DNA of 35,620 bases from Candidatus Levybacteria bacterium RIFCSPLOWO2_12_FULL_37_14 (GCA_001782645.1 MFPH01000031.1:1-35620); one strand, 5' to 3'. Positions 1 to 8,556 are shown, counted from the first letter of the stretch. Notes: generated from the sequence alone by a model not told the origin. Numbers and translations are program-made.

Positions 1-5
1 ATTTA

Positions 6-590
6 TTGGGAACTAGCAAATCTAAATCACAACCGGCTGCTCAGATTTCCGTAACCCCAGTACCTTCGCCTGCCGAAGCCTCAGCGAAGGAGGGGGACCC
101 AACCGCAAATTGGAAAACATATACGGTTACAAAATTAGGAATTGAATTTAAATATCCGCCTAATTTTTCCCCAATTGCAATTTTTGATAATGAATTATTT
201 CCAATCTCTTTTACGGACAACTCGAATACAAAACATCGTCTATCAACGTCTCCTGATATTTCCATTAAGGTTATTCCTATCGTTTCAGGAGATGATTACA
301 AAACAACCTTAATTAAGGATGTTATTTTTGCTGGCAGTGGCATGCACCCTAAATCTTTTGTCGAATTTTCTTCAAAAACGATTGGCGGAAATATGGTTTA
401 TTATATTAAAACCGGCCTATTTGAAGGAGTCCTCTCCATTAATTACTACCTTGTTAATAAAAATCAGGTTTTTGCTTTTAATCTGACCTCCAGTCCGGTT
501 GATTGGACAAATCCTAATTTTAAACCTGAAGAGGATCTCCTGAATTTGAATATGCAACAAATTCTTTCCACCTTCAAATTTACTAATTAA
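6..590 (+). CDS. Secreted or lipoprotein-like hypothetical protein, probably 5'-truncated by the window edge
   Basis: 194-codon ORF whose frame stays open to the window start. It has a Pro/Ala/Ser linker (VTPVPSPAEASAKEGDP) followed by a globular part with no motif I recognise. Confidence 0.6.
   Translation: MGTSKSKSQPAAQISVTPVPSPAEASAKEGDPTANWKTYTVTKLGIEFKYPPNFSPIAIFDNELFPISFTDNSNTKHRLSTSPDISIKVIPIVSGDDYKTTLIKDVIFAGSGMHPKSFVEFSSKTIGGNMVYYIKTGLFEGVLSINYYLVNKNQVFAFNLTSSPVDWTNPNFKPEEDLLNLNMQQILSTFKFTN
63..97 (+). repeat. GC-rich palindromic element copy inside a CDS
   Basis: ccttcgc (63-69) pairs with gcgaagg (84-90) and is followed by aggggga. It has the same ends as the intergenic element at 15965-16007 (ccttcgc...gcgaagggggg). 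Confidence 0.5.
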
Positions 591-591
591 T

Positions 592-1545
592 CTAGAGGGA
601 GTTGAGGAGGGTGAGGGTTTCTTCGGCGGTCATAATTCTCATTAGTTCTGCGCGGACGCTACTAGCGTTGGGGATGCCTGAAATATAAATTCGGTAAAAT
701 TTTTTCATCAGAGAAAAGTTTTTTGTCTTGCCCCAGGTCTTGTCAAAAAGTGTAACGTGTTCAATTAATAATTTTAATTTTTCTTGGTAGGATATTTCGT
801 CAGGATTAATGTTTTTTTTGTTAAATATCCACAAATTTTCAAAGATTCCGCGGCCGATCATAATTCCATCCAACCCATATTTCTTAGCCTTATCCATGGC
901 ATCGCTTCTGTCTTTTACATCTCCATTACCGATGATTAGAGTTTTAGCTTTCATTTTATTTCTTAGCTCAACTGCTTTTCCGATTTCATCCCAATGGTTG
1001 GGGACATCAGACATTTCTGCGACTGTACGTCCATGGACAATAAGGGCGTCAATGCCCATTTTGAGCAAAAAGCCTGTCCACTCTTCAGTTTGAATATCTT
1101 TGATTCCGATTCTCGTCTTGACACTTATAGGTAATCCGCCGGCACCCTGCCGAGTTGCCAAAATAATTTCTTTTGCAAGAGGGGGATTGTTAATTAATCC
1201 TGCACATGCGCCTTTTTTAATCACTGATTTTTCCGGACAGCCCATGTTGACATCTATTCCGTCAAAGCCCATTTCCTTCACCATTTTTGCAGTTTTCAAA
1301 AATTTCGCAGGATCCAATCCCCAAATTTGCGCTATGATTGGTCGCTCGGCTTCTGTAAAGACAAATCTTTTCCCCACCTTTACTTTCCCGCGGGAACACA
1401 TGCCCTCGACGTTGGTGAATTCAGTAAAAAAGACATCTGGCGCACCGCACTTGGCAAGAATTTGCCGGAAGACCGTATCGGTTACATCTTCCATCGGCGC
1501 CTGAATCAAAATCGGCTTTTTAATTTCCTCCCAAAAGCTTTTCAT
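592..1545 (-). CDS. dus: tRNA-dihydrouridine synthase (Dus family, FMN TIM barrel)
   Basis: 317 aa. The N-terminal ILIQAPMEDVTDTVFRQI and the DVNMGCP, KTRIG and VHGRT segments are typical of the Dus family. Confidence 0.9.
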   Translation of the reverse strand: MKSFWEEIKKPILIQAPMEDVTDTVFRQILAKCGAPDVFFTEFTNVEGMCSRGKVKVGKRFVFTEAERPIIAQIWGLDPAKFLKTAKMVKEMGFDGIDVNMGCPEKSVIKKGACAGLINNPPLAKEIILATRQGAGGLPISVKTRIGIKDIQTEEWTGFLLKMGIDALIVHGRTVAEMSDVPNHWDEIGKAVELRNKMKAKTLIIGNGDVKDRSDAMDKAKKYGLDGIMIGRGIFENLWIFNKKNINPDEISYQEKLKLLIEHVTLFDKTWGKTKNFSLMKKFYRIYISGIPNASSVRAELMRIMTAEETLTLLNSL

Positions 1546-1597
1546 GGTTGAGGTTTTATTTTATCATCTGGCAATCTAAAAAGCGAAAGCCATAAAA

Positions 1598-1675
1598 TCC
1601 TTAGGTTCAGATACAAAACAACACCCGGTGTTGATTAGCTTTGAACCTGGTGTTGATTAGCTTTGAACCTAAGGA
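1598..1675 (-). terminator. Long stem-loop downstream of the dehydrogenase gene; possible terminator
   Basis: 12-bp perfect inverted repeat: tccttaggttca (1598-1609) and tgaacctaagga (1664-1675). On the minus (transcribed) strand it is followed by TTTTAT. The loop contains the tandem duplication at 1627-1670. Confidence 0.4.
1627..1670. repeat. Perfect 22-bp tandem duplication (ggtgttgattagctttgaacct, two copies)
   Basis: Read directly: 1627-1648 is identical to 1649-1670. Intergenic, between the dehydrogenase stop and the dus start. Confidence 0.95.
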
Positions 1676-1696
1676 AATTGGCGAATGATGAAGCTG

Positions 1697-2842
1697 TTAG
1701 AGTTTGGCAGGATTTATGCGGATTATTTTATCATCCGTATTGTCGGGAGTACCGCGGCCATCCCTATTGCTTGTAGTTATGTAAAGCAAATTCTCCGGCT
1801 CGCCTCGCGGCGAAGCGGGTCCTACCACAACTTCCCTAATTCTTCCGATTTCTCCTTTAAGATGGGGGATAAGTTTCTTTTCGGCTATCTTGTATTCAAA
1901 TAGAGCCTCTCCTCTAAGACCGGCAAAAAATATTGAACCATTTAAAAAAGCTGTTCCGCTCGGCGCCCATGTGCCGGAACCGCTATTTAGGATCGGCGAT
2001 TCCATTCCGGCTTGTTTCTGATTTCCCTGAATAGTTGGCCAGCCGTAATTTTTCCCTGCTTCAATAATATTTAATTCATCCAGCGCACTAGGCCCATGTT
2101 CTGTTTCCCACAATTGGTTTTGGTTATCCCAGGCAAGACCTTGGGGATTTCTGTGCCCGAAACTAAAAACCAAGTTTCCGAAAGGATTGTCCAGAGCAGG
2201 TCTGCCTTCATCTGTTATTCTTAATATTTTTCCGGCCAATGAATTTATATTTTGAGCAAGAGAGGGTTCCTGAGCGTCCCCGGTTGTTATATAAAGAAAA
2301 TTATCCGGTCCGAATTTTATTCTGCCACCATTGTGATTGGATGCGCCTAGAATACCATCAACTATAATTTTTTGCTTTTGTAATTTATTATTTTCAAATT
2401 CAAATCTCGCAACCCGATTAAGGGTGTTGTCGTTAATGTTGGAATAAGTGTAATACAGATAAACAAAATGGTTTGCGGAAAAATCAGGATGAATTGCTAT
2501 TCCCAAGAGTCCGCCTTCGCCCGAATGCTTAACGTCACTTATGACAGCTATGAGATTAGGGTTTAAATTACCTTCATTATCGATAATTCTGACGCGTCCT
2601 GCTCTTTCTGTAAATAAAATACTTTTGTCAGGTAAGAAAACCAGCGCCCAGGGAATTTCCAAATTATCTGCCAAAATTGACAATCGGGGAATATCATTCT
2701 GAGCCTGATTTACTTCATTACTATCTAGTGATGGAGTATTTACAGTTATTTGTGATTGCCTCTTTCCCGCTAAATTAATGTAAACAAGACTCAAAATCAG
2801 CAGGACTGCTAAAATAATTAAGATCATTTTTTTGTTTGACAT
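1697..2842 (-). CDS. PQQ-dependent sugar dehydrogenase (glucose/sorbosone dehydrogenase family), membrane-anchored or secreted
   Basis: 381 aa with an N-terminal hydrophobic anchor. Family blocks present: GLLGIAIHPDF, HNGGRIKFGPDNFLYITTGD, GHRNPQGLAWD. Confidence 0.9.
   Translation of the reverse strand: MSNKKMILIILAVLLILSLVYINLAGKRQSQITVNTPSLDSNEVNQAQNDIPRLSILADNLEIPWALVFLPDKSILFTERAGRVRIIDNEGNLNPNLIAVISDVKHSGEGGLLGIAIHPDFSANHFVYLYYTYSNINDNTLNRVARFEFENNKLQKQKIIVDGILGASNHNGGRIKFGPDNFLYITTGDAQEPSLAQNINSLAGKILRITDEGRPALDNPFGNLVFSFGHRNPQGLAWDNQNQLWETEHGPSALDELNIIEAGKNYGWPTIQGNQKQAGMESPILNSGSGTWAPSGTAFLNGSIFFAGLRGEALFEYKIAEKKLIPHLKGEIGRIREVVVGPASPRGEPENLLYITTSNRDGRGTPDNTDDKIIRINPAKL
1799..1820. 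repeat. GC-rich element copy inside the dehydrogenase CDS
   Basis: ctcgcctcgcggcgaagcgggt is identical to 14368-14395 apart from a 6-nt indel. On the mRNA strand it folds as ttcgcc-GCGA-ggcgag. It encodes the ASPRGEPE segment. Confidence 0.7.
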
Positions 2843-2885
2843 ATTGTTGTTAATTATATACGATTATTATCTGTTTTTAAATTGC

Positions 2886-3932
2886 ATGATGAGAGTATTA
2901 ATTATTGTAATAATTATTATCGCGATAATCTTTTTTTCAGCACGGGCAATTTTAAATAATAAATCGCCAAGAGAACTGACGGCCAATAGTGTAAATAGTT
3001 TAAATAATCTTGAAGATAGGGGAGAGGTTGTAGATTCCCCCTATCCTCTTTCCATTGAATATATGCGTCAGCAGCAATATCCGGGCAGTAATCTTACTCT
3101 CGAACAAACTCTTCCAAATGGTTCAAATTACAATAAATATATTGCTTCATATAAATCAGATGGGCTAAAAATATATGCTCTTCTTACAGTTCCGCAAGGA
3201 GAAAAACCAAGCGGGGGATGGCCTGTAATTATCTTTAATCATGGATATATTGTGCCTTCAGAGTATAGAACCACGGAAAAATATATAGCATACGCCGATG
3301 CTTTCTCAAGGAATGGTTATATAGTTTTTAAATCAGATTATCGCGGGCACGGCAATTCGGAAGGGAATGCTCCTGGTGGCTATGGTTCTCCTGCTTATAC
3401 AATTGATATTCTCAATGCGATTAGTTCTATTAAGAAATTTAGAGACGTTGATATTAACAGAATTGGCATGTGGGGACATTCGATGGGAGGATTTATCACG
3501 CTTAGAAGCATGGTTATTTCAAAAGATATAAAAGCAGGCGTGATCTGGGCGGGAGTTGTAGCATCTTATCCTGATTTAATTAGTAGATGGAGGCGGTCAA
3601 GCATTACGCCAATTCCTTTGCCTTCGGGGGCAAGAAGATGGAGAGATCTTTTAGCTCAGCAATTTGGTTCTCCGCAGGAGAATCCAGAATTTTGGAATTC
3701 TATTTCTGCCAATGCGTATTTAAAAGATATTTCAGGTCCGATTCAATTACATCATGGGGGAGCAGACACATCCGTTCCTCTCCAATTCTCGGAAAAACTG
3801 GATAAAGATTTGAAAACAGCAAATAAGGAGTCAGAACTTTTTGTTTACAGGGATGATGATCACAATATTGCGAACAATTTCAACACCGCCATCCAACGTT
3901 CCGTCGACTTTTTCGATAAATATTTGAAATAA
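2886..3932 (+). CDS. Alpha/beta hydrolase, prolyl-oligopeptidase (S9)-like, with an N-terminal membrane anchor
   Basis: GxSxG nucleophile elbow (GHSMGG) and a C-terminal D...H (YRDDDHNI). I prefer the ATG at 2886 (MMRVLIIV anchor) over the track start at 2832. Confidence 0.8.
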   Translation: MMRVLIIVIIIIAIIFFSARAILNNKSPRELTANSVNSLNNLEDRGEVVDSPYPLSIEYMRQQQYPGSNLTLEQTLPNGSNYNKYIASYKSDGLKIYALLTVPQGEKPSGGWPVIIFNHGYIVPSEYRTTEKYIAYADAFSRNGYIVFKSDYRGHGNSEGNAPGGYGSPAYTIDILNAISSIKKFRDVDINRIGMWGHSMGGFITLRSMVISKDIKAGVIWAGVVASYPDLISRWRRSSITPIPLPSGARRWRDLLAQQFGSPQENPEFWNSISANAYLKDISGPIQLHHGGADTSVPLQFSEKLDKDLKTANKESELFVYRDDDHNIANNFNTAIQRSVDFFDKYLK

Positions 3933-3940
3933 TTTAAATT

Positions 3941-4378
3941 ATGGAAAAGGGGATTGATTATGTTGCTGTTGGGGTTGTATTTTTCTGCCATGACGGGAAA
4001 GGAAATGTTTTATTAAACAAGAGATCAAAAAAATCTAGAGATGAATATGACACATGGGATCCAGGCGGTGGAAGCATTGAGATTAAAGAAACGATAACAG
4101 ATACGCTTAAACGTGAAATAAAAGAAGAATATTGTACGGATATAATTAAGTCGGAATTTTTAGGCTTTAGAGATGTACACAGGATTGACGAGGGAGGAAA
4201 CAAAACTCATTGGATTGTATTAGATTTTAAAGTTTTAGTTGACAGGAAAAAGGTGAAAAATGGAATTCCGCAGAAACATCAGGAAATCGGATGGTTTAAA
4301 TTTGGTAGCTTTCCAAAGCCCCTTCATTCCCAATTCCCATTATTTTTACAAAAATACAAAGGAAAATTATTCCATTAA
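3941..4378 (+). CDS. NUDIX hydrolase
   Basis: 145 aa with a NUDIX box: GGGSIEIKETITDTLKREIKEEYC (GX5EX7REUXEEXGU pattern). Confidence 0.85.
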   Translation: MEKGIDYVAVGVVFFCHDGKGNVLLNKRSKKSRDEYDTWDPGGGSIEIKETITDTLKREIKEEYCTDIIKSEFLGFRDVHRIDEGGNKTHWIVLDFKVLVDRKKVKNGIPQKHQEIGWFKFGSFPKPLHSQFPLFLQKYKGKLFH

Positions 4379-4385
4379 GGCAGAT

Positions 4386-4417
4386 TTGACTTATTGAGCG
4401 ATAGACATTATTATAAT
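4386..4417 (+). promoter_or_regulatory. Sigma70-like promoter for the LytR_C gene
   Basis: TTGACT (4386-4391), 17-nt spacer, TATTAT (4409-4414), overlapping TATAAT (4412-4417). An AAGGA Shine-Dalgarno lies upstream of the ATG at 4438. Confidence 0.5.
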
Positions 4418-4437
4418 AAACGTAAGGAAATTTAAAG

Positions 4438-5157
4438 ATGGCTGTCCATAAAAAAACCGCAAGCGCTGAAAAAACTCCCGCCTTCACTAAAGTTTCGGCG
4501 GACAAGGAAGCACAGGGTGATAAAAAGTTAGACCAGCAGAAGCCCGTGGTCGTTTCGGATACCGTAACGGAAACAATTGTAATTGAACAGGCAGTTTCGC
4601 AAGCAGCTAGTTCGGAAATGCCCGCAGAATCCCCTGCAGAAAATCCTTTAACTGATTTTAAAGAAAAAATGGCTGAAGAAGAATTGCTCGTTACGGATGA
4701 TTCTCAAAAGAAGAATTATATGTGGCCCATACTTCTCATTTTTGCCATGGTAATACTTTTGCTGGTGGGAGTTTTTCTTTACAAATATGGGATAAATATT
4801 AAAGATAAGGTCAATGTAACAACGCCTGTTCCTTCTCCGACCGCTGCTCCGCAACCCACAAAGGTAGTAGATTTGATCAAGTATGAAATTGAGATACAGA
4901 ATGGAAGCGGGGTCAGCGGGGAAGCATCAAAGCAGGAAAGCAGTTTGAAGGAAGAGGGTTTTACGATTTCATCAATCGGCAACGCGGACAATTCTGATTA
5001 TACGCAGACTGTTATAAAAGCAAAAGCAGAAGTTGATAAAGATTTTATAGCCAAACTTAAAAGCGTTTTGAGTAATTCATTTACGGTGGGCGAAGCAGAG
5101 ATTTTGCCAGACGACTCCTCATCTTCTGTGGTTGTAATTATCGGAACTAAGAAATAA
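4438..5157 (+). CDS. Membrane-anchored LytR_C (LytR cell-envelope-related C-terminal) domain protein
   Basis: 239 aa: acidic N-terminus, one TM segment (WPILLIFAMVILLLVGVFLY), a Pro-rich linker, then IEIQNGSGVSGEASK...EGFTISSIGNAD...TVIKAK, typical of LytR_C. Confidence 0.7.
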   Translation: MAVHKKTASAEKTPAFTKVSADKEAQGDKKLDQQKPVVVSDTVTETIVIEQAVSQAASSEMPAESPAENPLTDFKEKMAEEELLVTDDSQKKNYMWPILLIFAMVILLLVGVFLYKYGINIKDKVNVTTPVPSPTAAPQPTKVVDLIKYEIEIQNGSGVSGEASKQESSLKEEGFTISSIGNADNSDYTQTVIKAKAEVDKDFIAKLKSVLSNSFTVGEAEILPDDSSSSVVVIIGTKK

Positions 5158-5166
5158 AATGGTTTC

Positions 5167-6186
5167 ATGAGGAAATTGGGAATTGGGATTCTTCTTCTTG
5201 CCGCAATCTTGGGAATGTTCACTTTTTTAAAGCGTGATTTTACTCAGAGAGAAAAAGTGAAAGAGAAGCCTCTGCTTAAATATACTTTTGAAAACCTAAA
5301 AAAGAGTAAATTTAAATCTTCGCAAATTACGCTGGGTACTGCTTTGGAAGAGAAAGAAAATCATATTTCCCAAATGTTTTACTATACGATTAGAGATGTT
5401 ATAAATGGGAAAAACAGAGAGAAAAAAGTAAGCGGACTGATAAATGTTCCGAAGAAAGAAGGTATTTATTCCGTTATTGTAATGTTGCGGGGATTTGTTC
5501 CGATGGAAACTTACGCAACCGGAACCGGCACAAAAAGAGCGGGGGAAGTTTTCGCCCAGAATAATTTTATAACTTTAGCTCCGGATTTTTTAGGATATGG
5601 TGTATCCGATAATCCCTCGCAAAATTCAATGGAGGAAAGATTCCAAACTTACACAACAGCGCTTACCCTTTTGTCGTCTTTGGAAAATTTGAATTCCGGT
5701 TTGGAAGCCAGTTATTCGGGGAGAATAAAAGCCGATTCCGCGAAAGTCGGAATTTGGGGACATAGTAATGGGGGACAGATTGCCTTATCTGTTTTAGAAA
5801 TAACAGGCAAGAACTATCCGACAGTTCTTTGGGCGCCTGTTTCCAAGCCATTTCCATACTCAATCTTATATTTTACCGATGAATTTGACGATCATGGGAA
5901 AGCGCTAAGAAAAATCGTTGCAAATTTTGAAAAAGATTATGATATAGAGCAATATTCAGCCAGTAATTTTTATTCATGGATCAATGCCCCGATTGAAATT
6001 CACCAGGGAATAGCGGATAACGCAGTGGCTCTAAAATGGTCGGATCAACTTGTTTCCGATTTGAAAAAATTGGAAAAAGATGTAATGTATTTTACTTATC
6101 CTCAGGCTGACCATAATCTATCGCCTGGCTGGGATGAAGCAGTAGAACGAAGCCTGAATTTTTATAGAAAATATTTACAAATGTGA
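5167..6186 (+). CDS. Alpha/beta hydrolase (S9/dienelactone-hydrolase-like) with a signal anchor
   Basis: 339 aa with a GHSNGG nucleophile elbow and a C-terminal ADH motif. Paralogous in type to the CDS at 2886-3932. Confidence 0.7.
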   Translation: MRKLGIGILLLAAILGMFTFLKRDFTQREKVKEKPLLKYTFENLKKSKFKSSQITLGTALEEKENHISQMFYYTIRDVINGKNREKKVSGLINVPKKEGIYSVIVMLRGFVPMETYATGTGTKRAGEVFAQNNFITLAPDFLGYGVSDNPSQNSMEERFQTYTTALTLLSSLENLNSGLEASYSGRIKADSAKVGIWGHSNGGQIALSVLEITGKNYPTVLWAPVSKPFPYSILYFTDEFDDHGKALRKIVANFEKDYDIEQYSASNFYSWINAPIEIHQGIADNAVALKWSDQLVSDLKKLEKDVMYFTYPQADHNLSPGWDEAVERSLNFYRKYLQM

Positions 6187-6340
6187 TTTACTTATAACTG
6201 TCGGGGACGATTTTGTGTAATTCTTCATAGATAATTTTATCAACAAATCTAACAGGATTTCCGGGTTTTTTTGAAACAATTTCTGTTTTTCCGCTTCGAC
6301 ATTTATCATAAAGGGCGTATTATAACGCAGGGTAAATTTT

Positions 6341-6349
6341 TGGTACAAT
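6341..6349 (+). promoter_or_regulatory. Extended -10 promoter placed for a leaderless transcript
   Basis: TGgTACAAT followed by 7 nt and the ATG at 6357. Confidence 0.5.
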
Positions 6350-6356
6350 ATAACTT

Positions 6357-7265
6357 ATGGATTTTGGATTCATTATTTTAACGATTTTCGGACTTTCGCT
6401 TTTTGAAGTTATCACCAGCGTTGATAACGCGATTATTAATGCGGAAGTGTTAAGAGGCATGAGCCAGAAAGCCAGGCGCTGGTTTCTTCTGTGGGGCTTT
6501 ATCTTCGCTGTTTTCGTAGTGCGTGGATTATTGCCTCTTCTGATTGTTTGGATTGCGAATCCGCAGCTCGGCATAATTAGTGTGTTCTTTGCAGCATTTT
6601 CGCAGGATCCCAAAATTGAGCAGGCGATTGAGGCAACATCCCCTTTGCTTCTTTTGGCTGGGGGAGTTTTTCTTGTTTTCTTATTTTTCAATTGGCTATT
6701 CTTGGAGCCAAAAAATTACGGATTACGCGGAGAAAGATTCTTTCATGCTCAGGGAGCATGGTTTTTTGCTGTTGTCTCGGTTTTGCTTACCGTAATTGTG
6801 TGGCTTGCTTTACAAAGTGACCCTATGCTTGCATTCGCGGCAGTTGTAGGATCTACGGCATTTTTTATTATTCATGGATTCAGGCAGTTCGCCGAAGAAC
6901 AGGAGAGAAGATTGATTTCCGGGAATATGTCGGACATAAGTAAAATTGCCTACCTGGAAGTTTTAGACTCAACGTTTTCGATAGACGGAGTAATAGGCGC
7001 ATTTGCTTTTACATTTTCGATTCCTTTGATTCTCCTGGGAAATGGTTTGGGGGCATTGGTTTTAAGAAAATTAACGGTGAGCAATATTGAAAGAATCAAG
7101 AAGTATAAATATTTGAAAAACGGCGCAATGTATTCAATATTATTCTTAGGGGCAATTATGGTTTTGGATAGCTTTGGATATCATATTCCCGCATGGCTCT
7201 CTCCGGTTATTACATTCGGAACAGTCGGATATTTTTTCCTCAAATCTAAGAAAGAATTGCTATAA
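6357..7265 (+). CDS. Integral membrane protein, DUF475 / TerC-related
   Basis: 302 aa and polytopic. It contains EVITSVDNAIINAEVL and a second SIDGVIGAFAF block, as in the TerC/DUF475 superfamily (from memory). Confidence 0.7.
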   Translation: MDFGFIILTIFGLSLFEVITSVDNAIINAEVLRGMSQKARRWFLLWGFIFAVFVVRGLLPLLIVWIANPQLGIISVFFAAFSQDPKIEQAIEATSPLLLLAGGVFLVFLFFNWLFLEPKNYGLRGERFFHAQGAWFFAVVSVLLTVIVWLALQSDPMLAFAAVVGSTAFFIIHGFRQFAEEQERRLISGNMSDISKIAYLEVLDSTFSIDGVIGAFAFTFSIPLILLGNGLGALVLRKLTVSNIERIKKYKYLKNGAMYSILFLGAIMVLDSFGYHIPAWLSPVITFGTVGYFFLKSKKELL

Positions 7266-7269
7266 GTTA

Positions 7270-7297
7270 TTGACAGAGATAAATATTTGAATATAAA
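7270..7297 (+). promoter_or_regulatory. Sigma70-like promoter driving a leader of about 140 nt
   Basis: TTGACA (7270-7275), 16-nt spacer, TATAAA (7292-7297). Confidence 0.5.
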
Positions 7298-7445
7298 CTA
7301 GAATAGGTATGCGATCCGCCAACTCTTACTTTTCGCCTTATGCTGCTATTCGTAGCGCGGCTCAAAGAGCGAGTACGGGCGGACGTAAGAAACTGTAATT
7401 CCAAATTAAATTTGGAAACAGTTTCTAACGAAGGTGGTGATATAA

Positions 7446-7571
7446 ATGGCGAATTCAAAAAAAGACTCAATTACTCTGACAAAAAACGGATTTATCGCAG
7501 TATTGCTTTTTGTTGTTGCGGTAACAATCTTGGCAGCTTACGCTTATCTAAATTATTCAGTGGTTAAATAA
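7446..7571 (+). CDS. Unannotated 41-aa single-TM peptide (MANSKKDSITLTKNGFIAVLLFVVAVTILAAYAYLNYSVVK)
   Basis: Strong Shine-Dalgarno GAAGGTGGTGA ending 6 nt before the ATG. Below the 60-aa cut-off of the ORF track. Basic N-terminus plus one hydrophobic helix. Confidence 0.6.
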   Translation: MANSKKDSITLTKNGFIAVLLFVVAVTILAAYAYLNYSVVK

Positions 7572-7605
7572 AATGGCAAAATAGTCATAATTCCGAAGAT
7601 TACTT

Positions 7606-8556
7606 TTAATTGTTATTAATTGTGTTCTTTGTATCTCCATTCATTTGTCTAAAAGCTTTTCTTTTTCGTAAAGATTCAGAAGTCGCATATGGTGACTTTC
7701 TGTCCTCGTATTCTCCTTCCAATACGTATGACTTGTCTCCGTATTTATTATAATAAAACAAACCAATATTATCTTCTCCGTCGTACAGCCATGTGTTACA
7801 TACCTTGCTTTTTATGAATTGTTCCTCGGAAGATAATTTATGCGTAAAGCCTGCGGAAGCAATTTTATCTATTAATTCCCTGTATTTATTTAACAGAGCA
7901 GGATTCAATTCCGATTCGGCAAGCGACAATGCTGCAAGAAATACTTCAAGTCGGAGCTTATCAGAGACATTTTCAGGTAATGTTCTTTGATAGTGTTGAT
8001 AAAGAGCGTGAAGGCTAAGCCAATTTGAAGCATCCGTAGGGAATAAATTTGCTTTCCAAAATTCCAGAATAAGCGCTTTGCTTTTTTCCTCATTAGCAAT
8101 AGTGTTTTTACTATCTGTTAAAGATTGCTTGTCCGATCTCTTTCGCAAACCGATAATCGTTCCTTTAGATCTTCTGATAGACTCTTTTTCAGGACTGAAA
8201 TAATCCTCAGGAATTCTGTGCCATTCCGGACGATCCTTTCTGCTTCTGTAAACAGCATTTCTTATCTGTTCTCTATTAAGGATTGGCTCCGTGATGAGGA
8301 GTATTTCCCAAACTGCTAATCCCCGTACGACAAAAGGCAATATCCTTTCGTAAACAGAGCTTTGTTTAACAACCTGTGATTTTTCTTTAGGTCCTGAATT
8401 CGCGGAAGCTATAATCAATTTTGTTTCCGGCGAATGAAGTAAGCCTTTGCAAGTCGGAACATGGGTGCCATCTTCACGAAGAATTAATGTTCCCTTGTTG
8501 AATGGATTCAGCATCCTGTTCGATCTCGTGACTATCCTGCTTTCTGTAGTTACCAT
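7606..8556 (-). CDS. Hypothetical protein (316 aa, orphan)
   Basis: Long ORF with no competing frame. No motif recognised. Confidence 0.65.
   Translation of the reverse strand: MVTTESRIVTRSNRMLNPFNKGTLILREDGTHVPTCKGLLHSPETKLIIASANSGPKEKSQVVKQSSVYERILPFVVRGLAVWEILLITEPILNREQIRNAVYRSRKDRPEWHRIPEDYFSPEKESIRRSKGTIIGLRKRSDKQSLTDSKNTIANEEKSKALILEFWKANLFPTDASNWLSLHALYQHYQRTLPENVSDKLRLEVFLAALSLAESELNPALLNKYRELIDKIASAGFTHKLSSEEQFIKSKVCNTWLYDGEDNIGLFYYNKYGDKSYVLEGEYEDRKSPYATSESLRKRKAFRQMNGDTKNTINNN

Noticed and set aside
1385-1396. Perfect 12-bp palindrome TTCCCGCGGGAA inside dus.
   Set aside because: It is short, encodes conserved-looking residues (CSRGK), and resembles none of the GC-rich element copies.
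809-1504. ORFs of 60-144 aa lying antisense to, or out of frame with, longer CDSs. In the track: 809-1093, 1100-1504, 6320-6691, 11165-11587, 12244-12633, 23922-24278, 26240-26638, 26616-26934, 32786-33220, 33704-34018, 34159-34494.
   Set aside because: Each lies entirely inside or opposite a longer ORF with clear family motifs. Their translations are low-complexity or Cys/Phe/Leu-rich shadow sequences. None has a Shine-Dalgarno or the -10/N6 pattern.
2832-2885. Track start of the S9 hydrolase ORF at 2832, overlapping the divergent gene start.
   Set aside because: The first 18 residues (MFDILLLIIYDYYLFLNC) would overlap the divergent promoter and start region. The ATG at 2886 gives a normal signal-anchor N-terminus.
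6175-6309. 44-aa minus-strand ORF with TATAAT 9 nt upstream, overlapping the 3' end of the hydrolase gene.
   Set aside because: It is plausible given the promoter-like context. However, it has no recognisable motif, overlaps a convergent CDS end, and I cannot assess its conservation. I left it out of the feature list.
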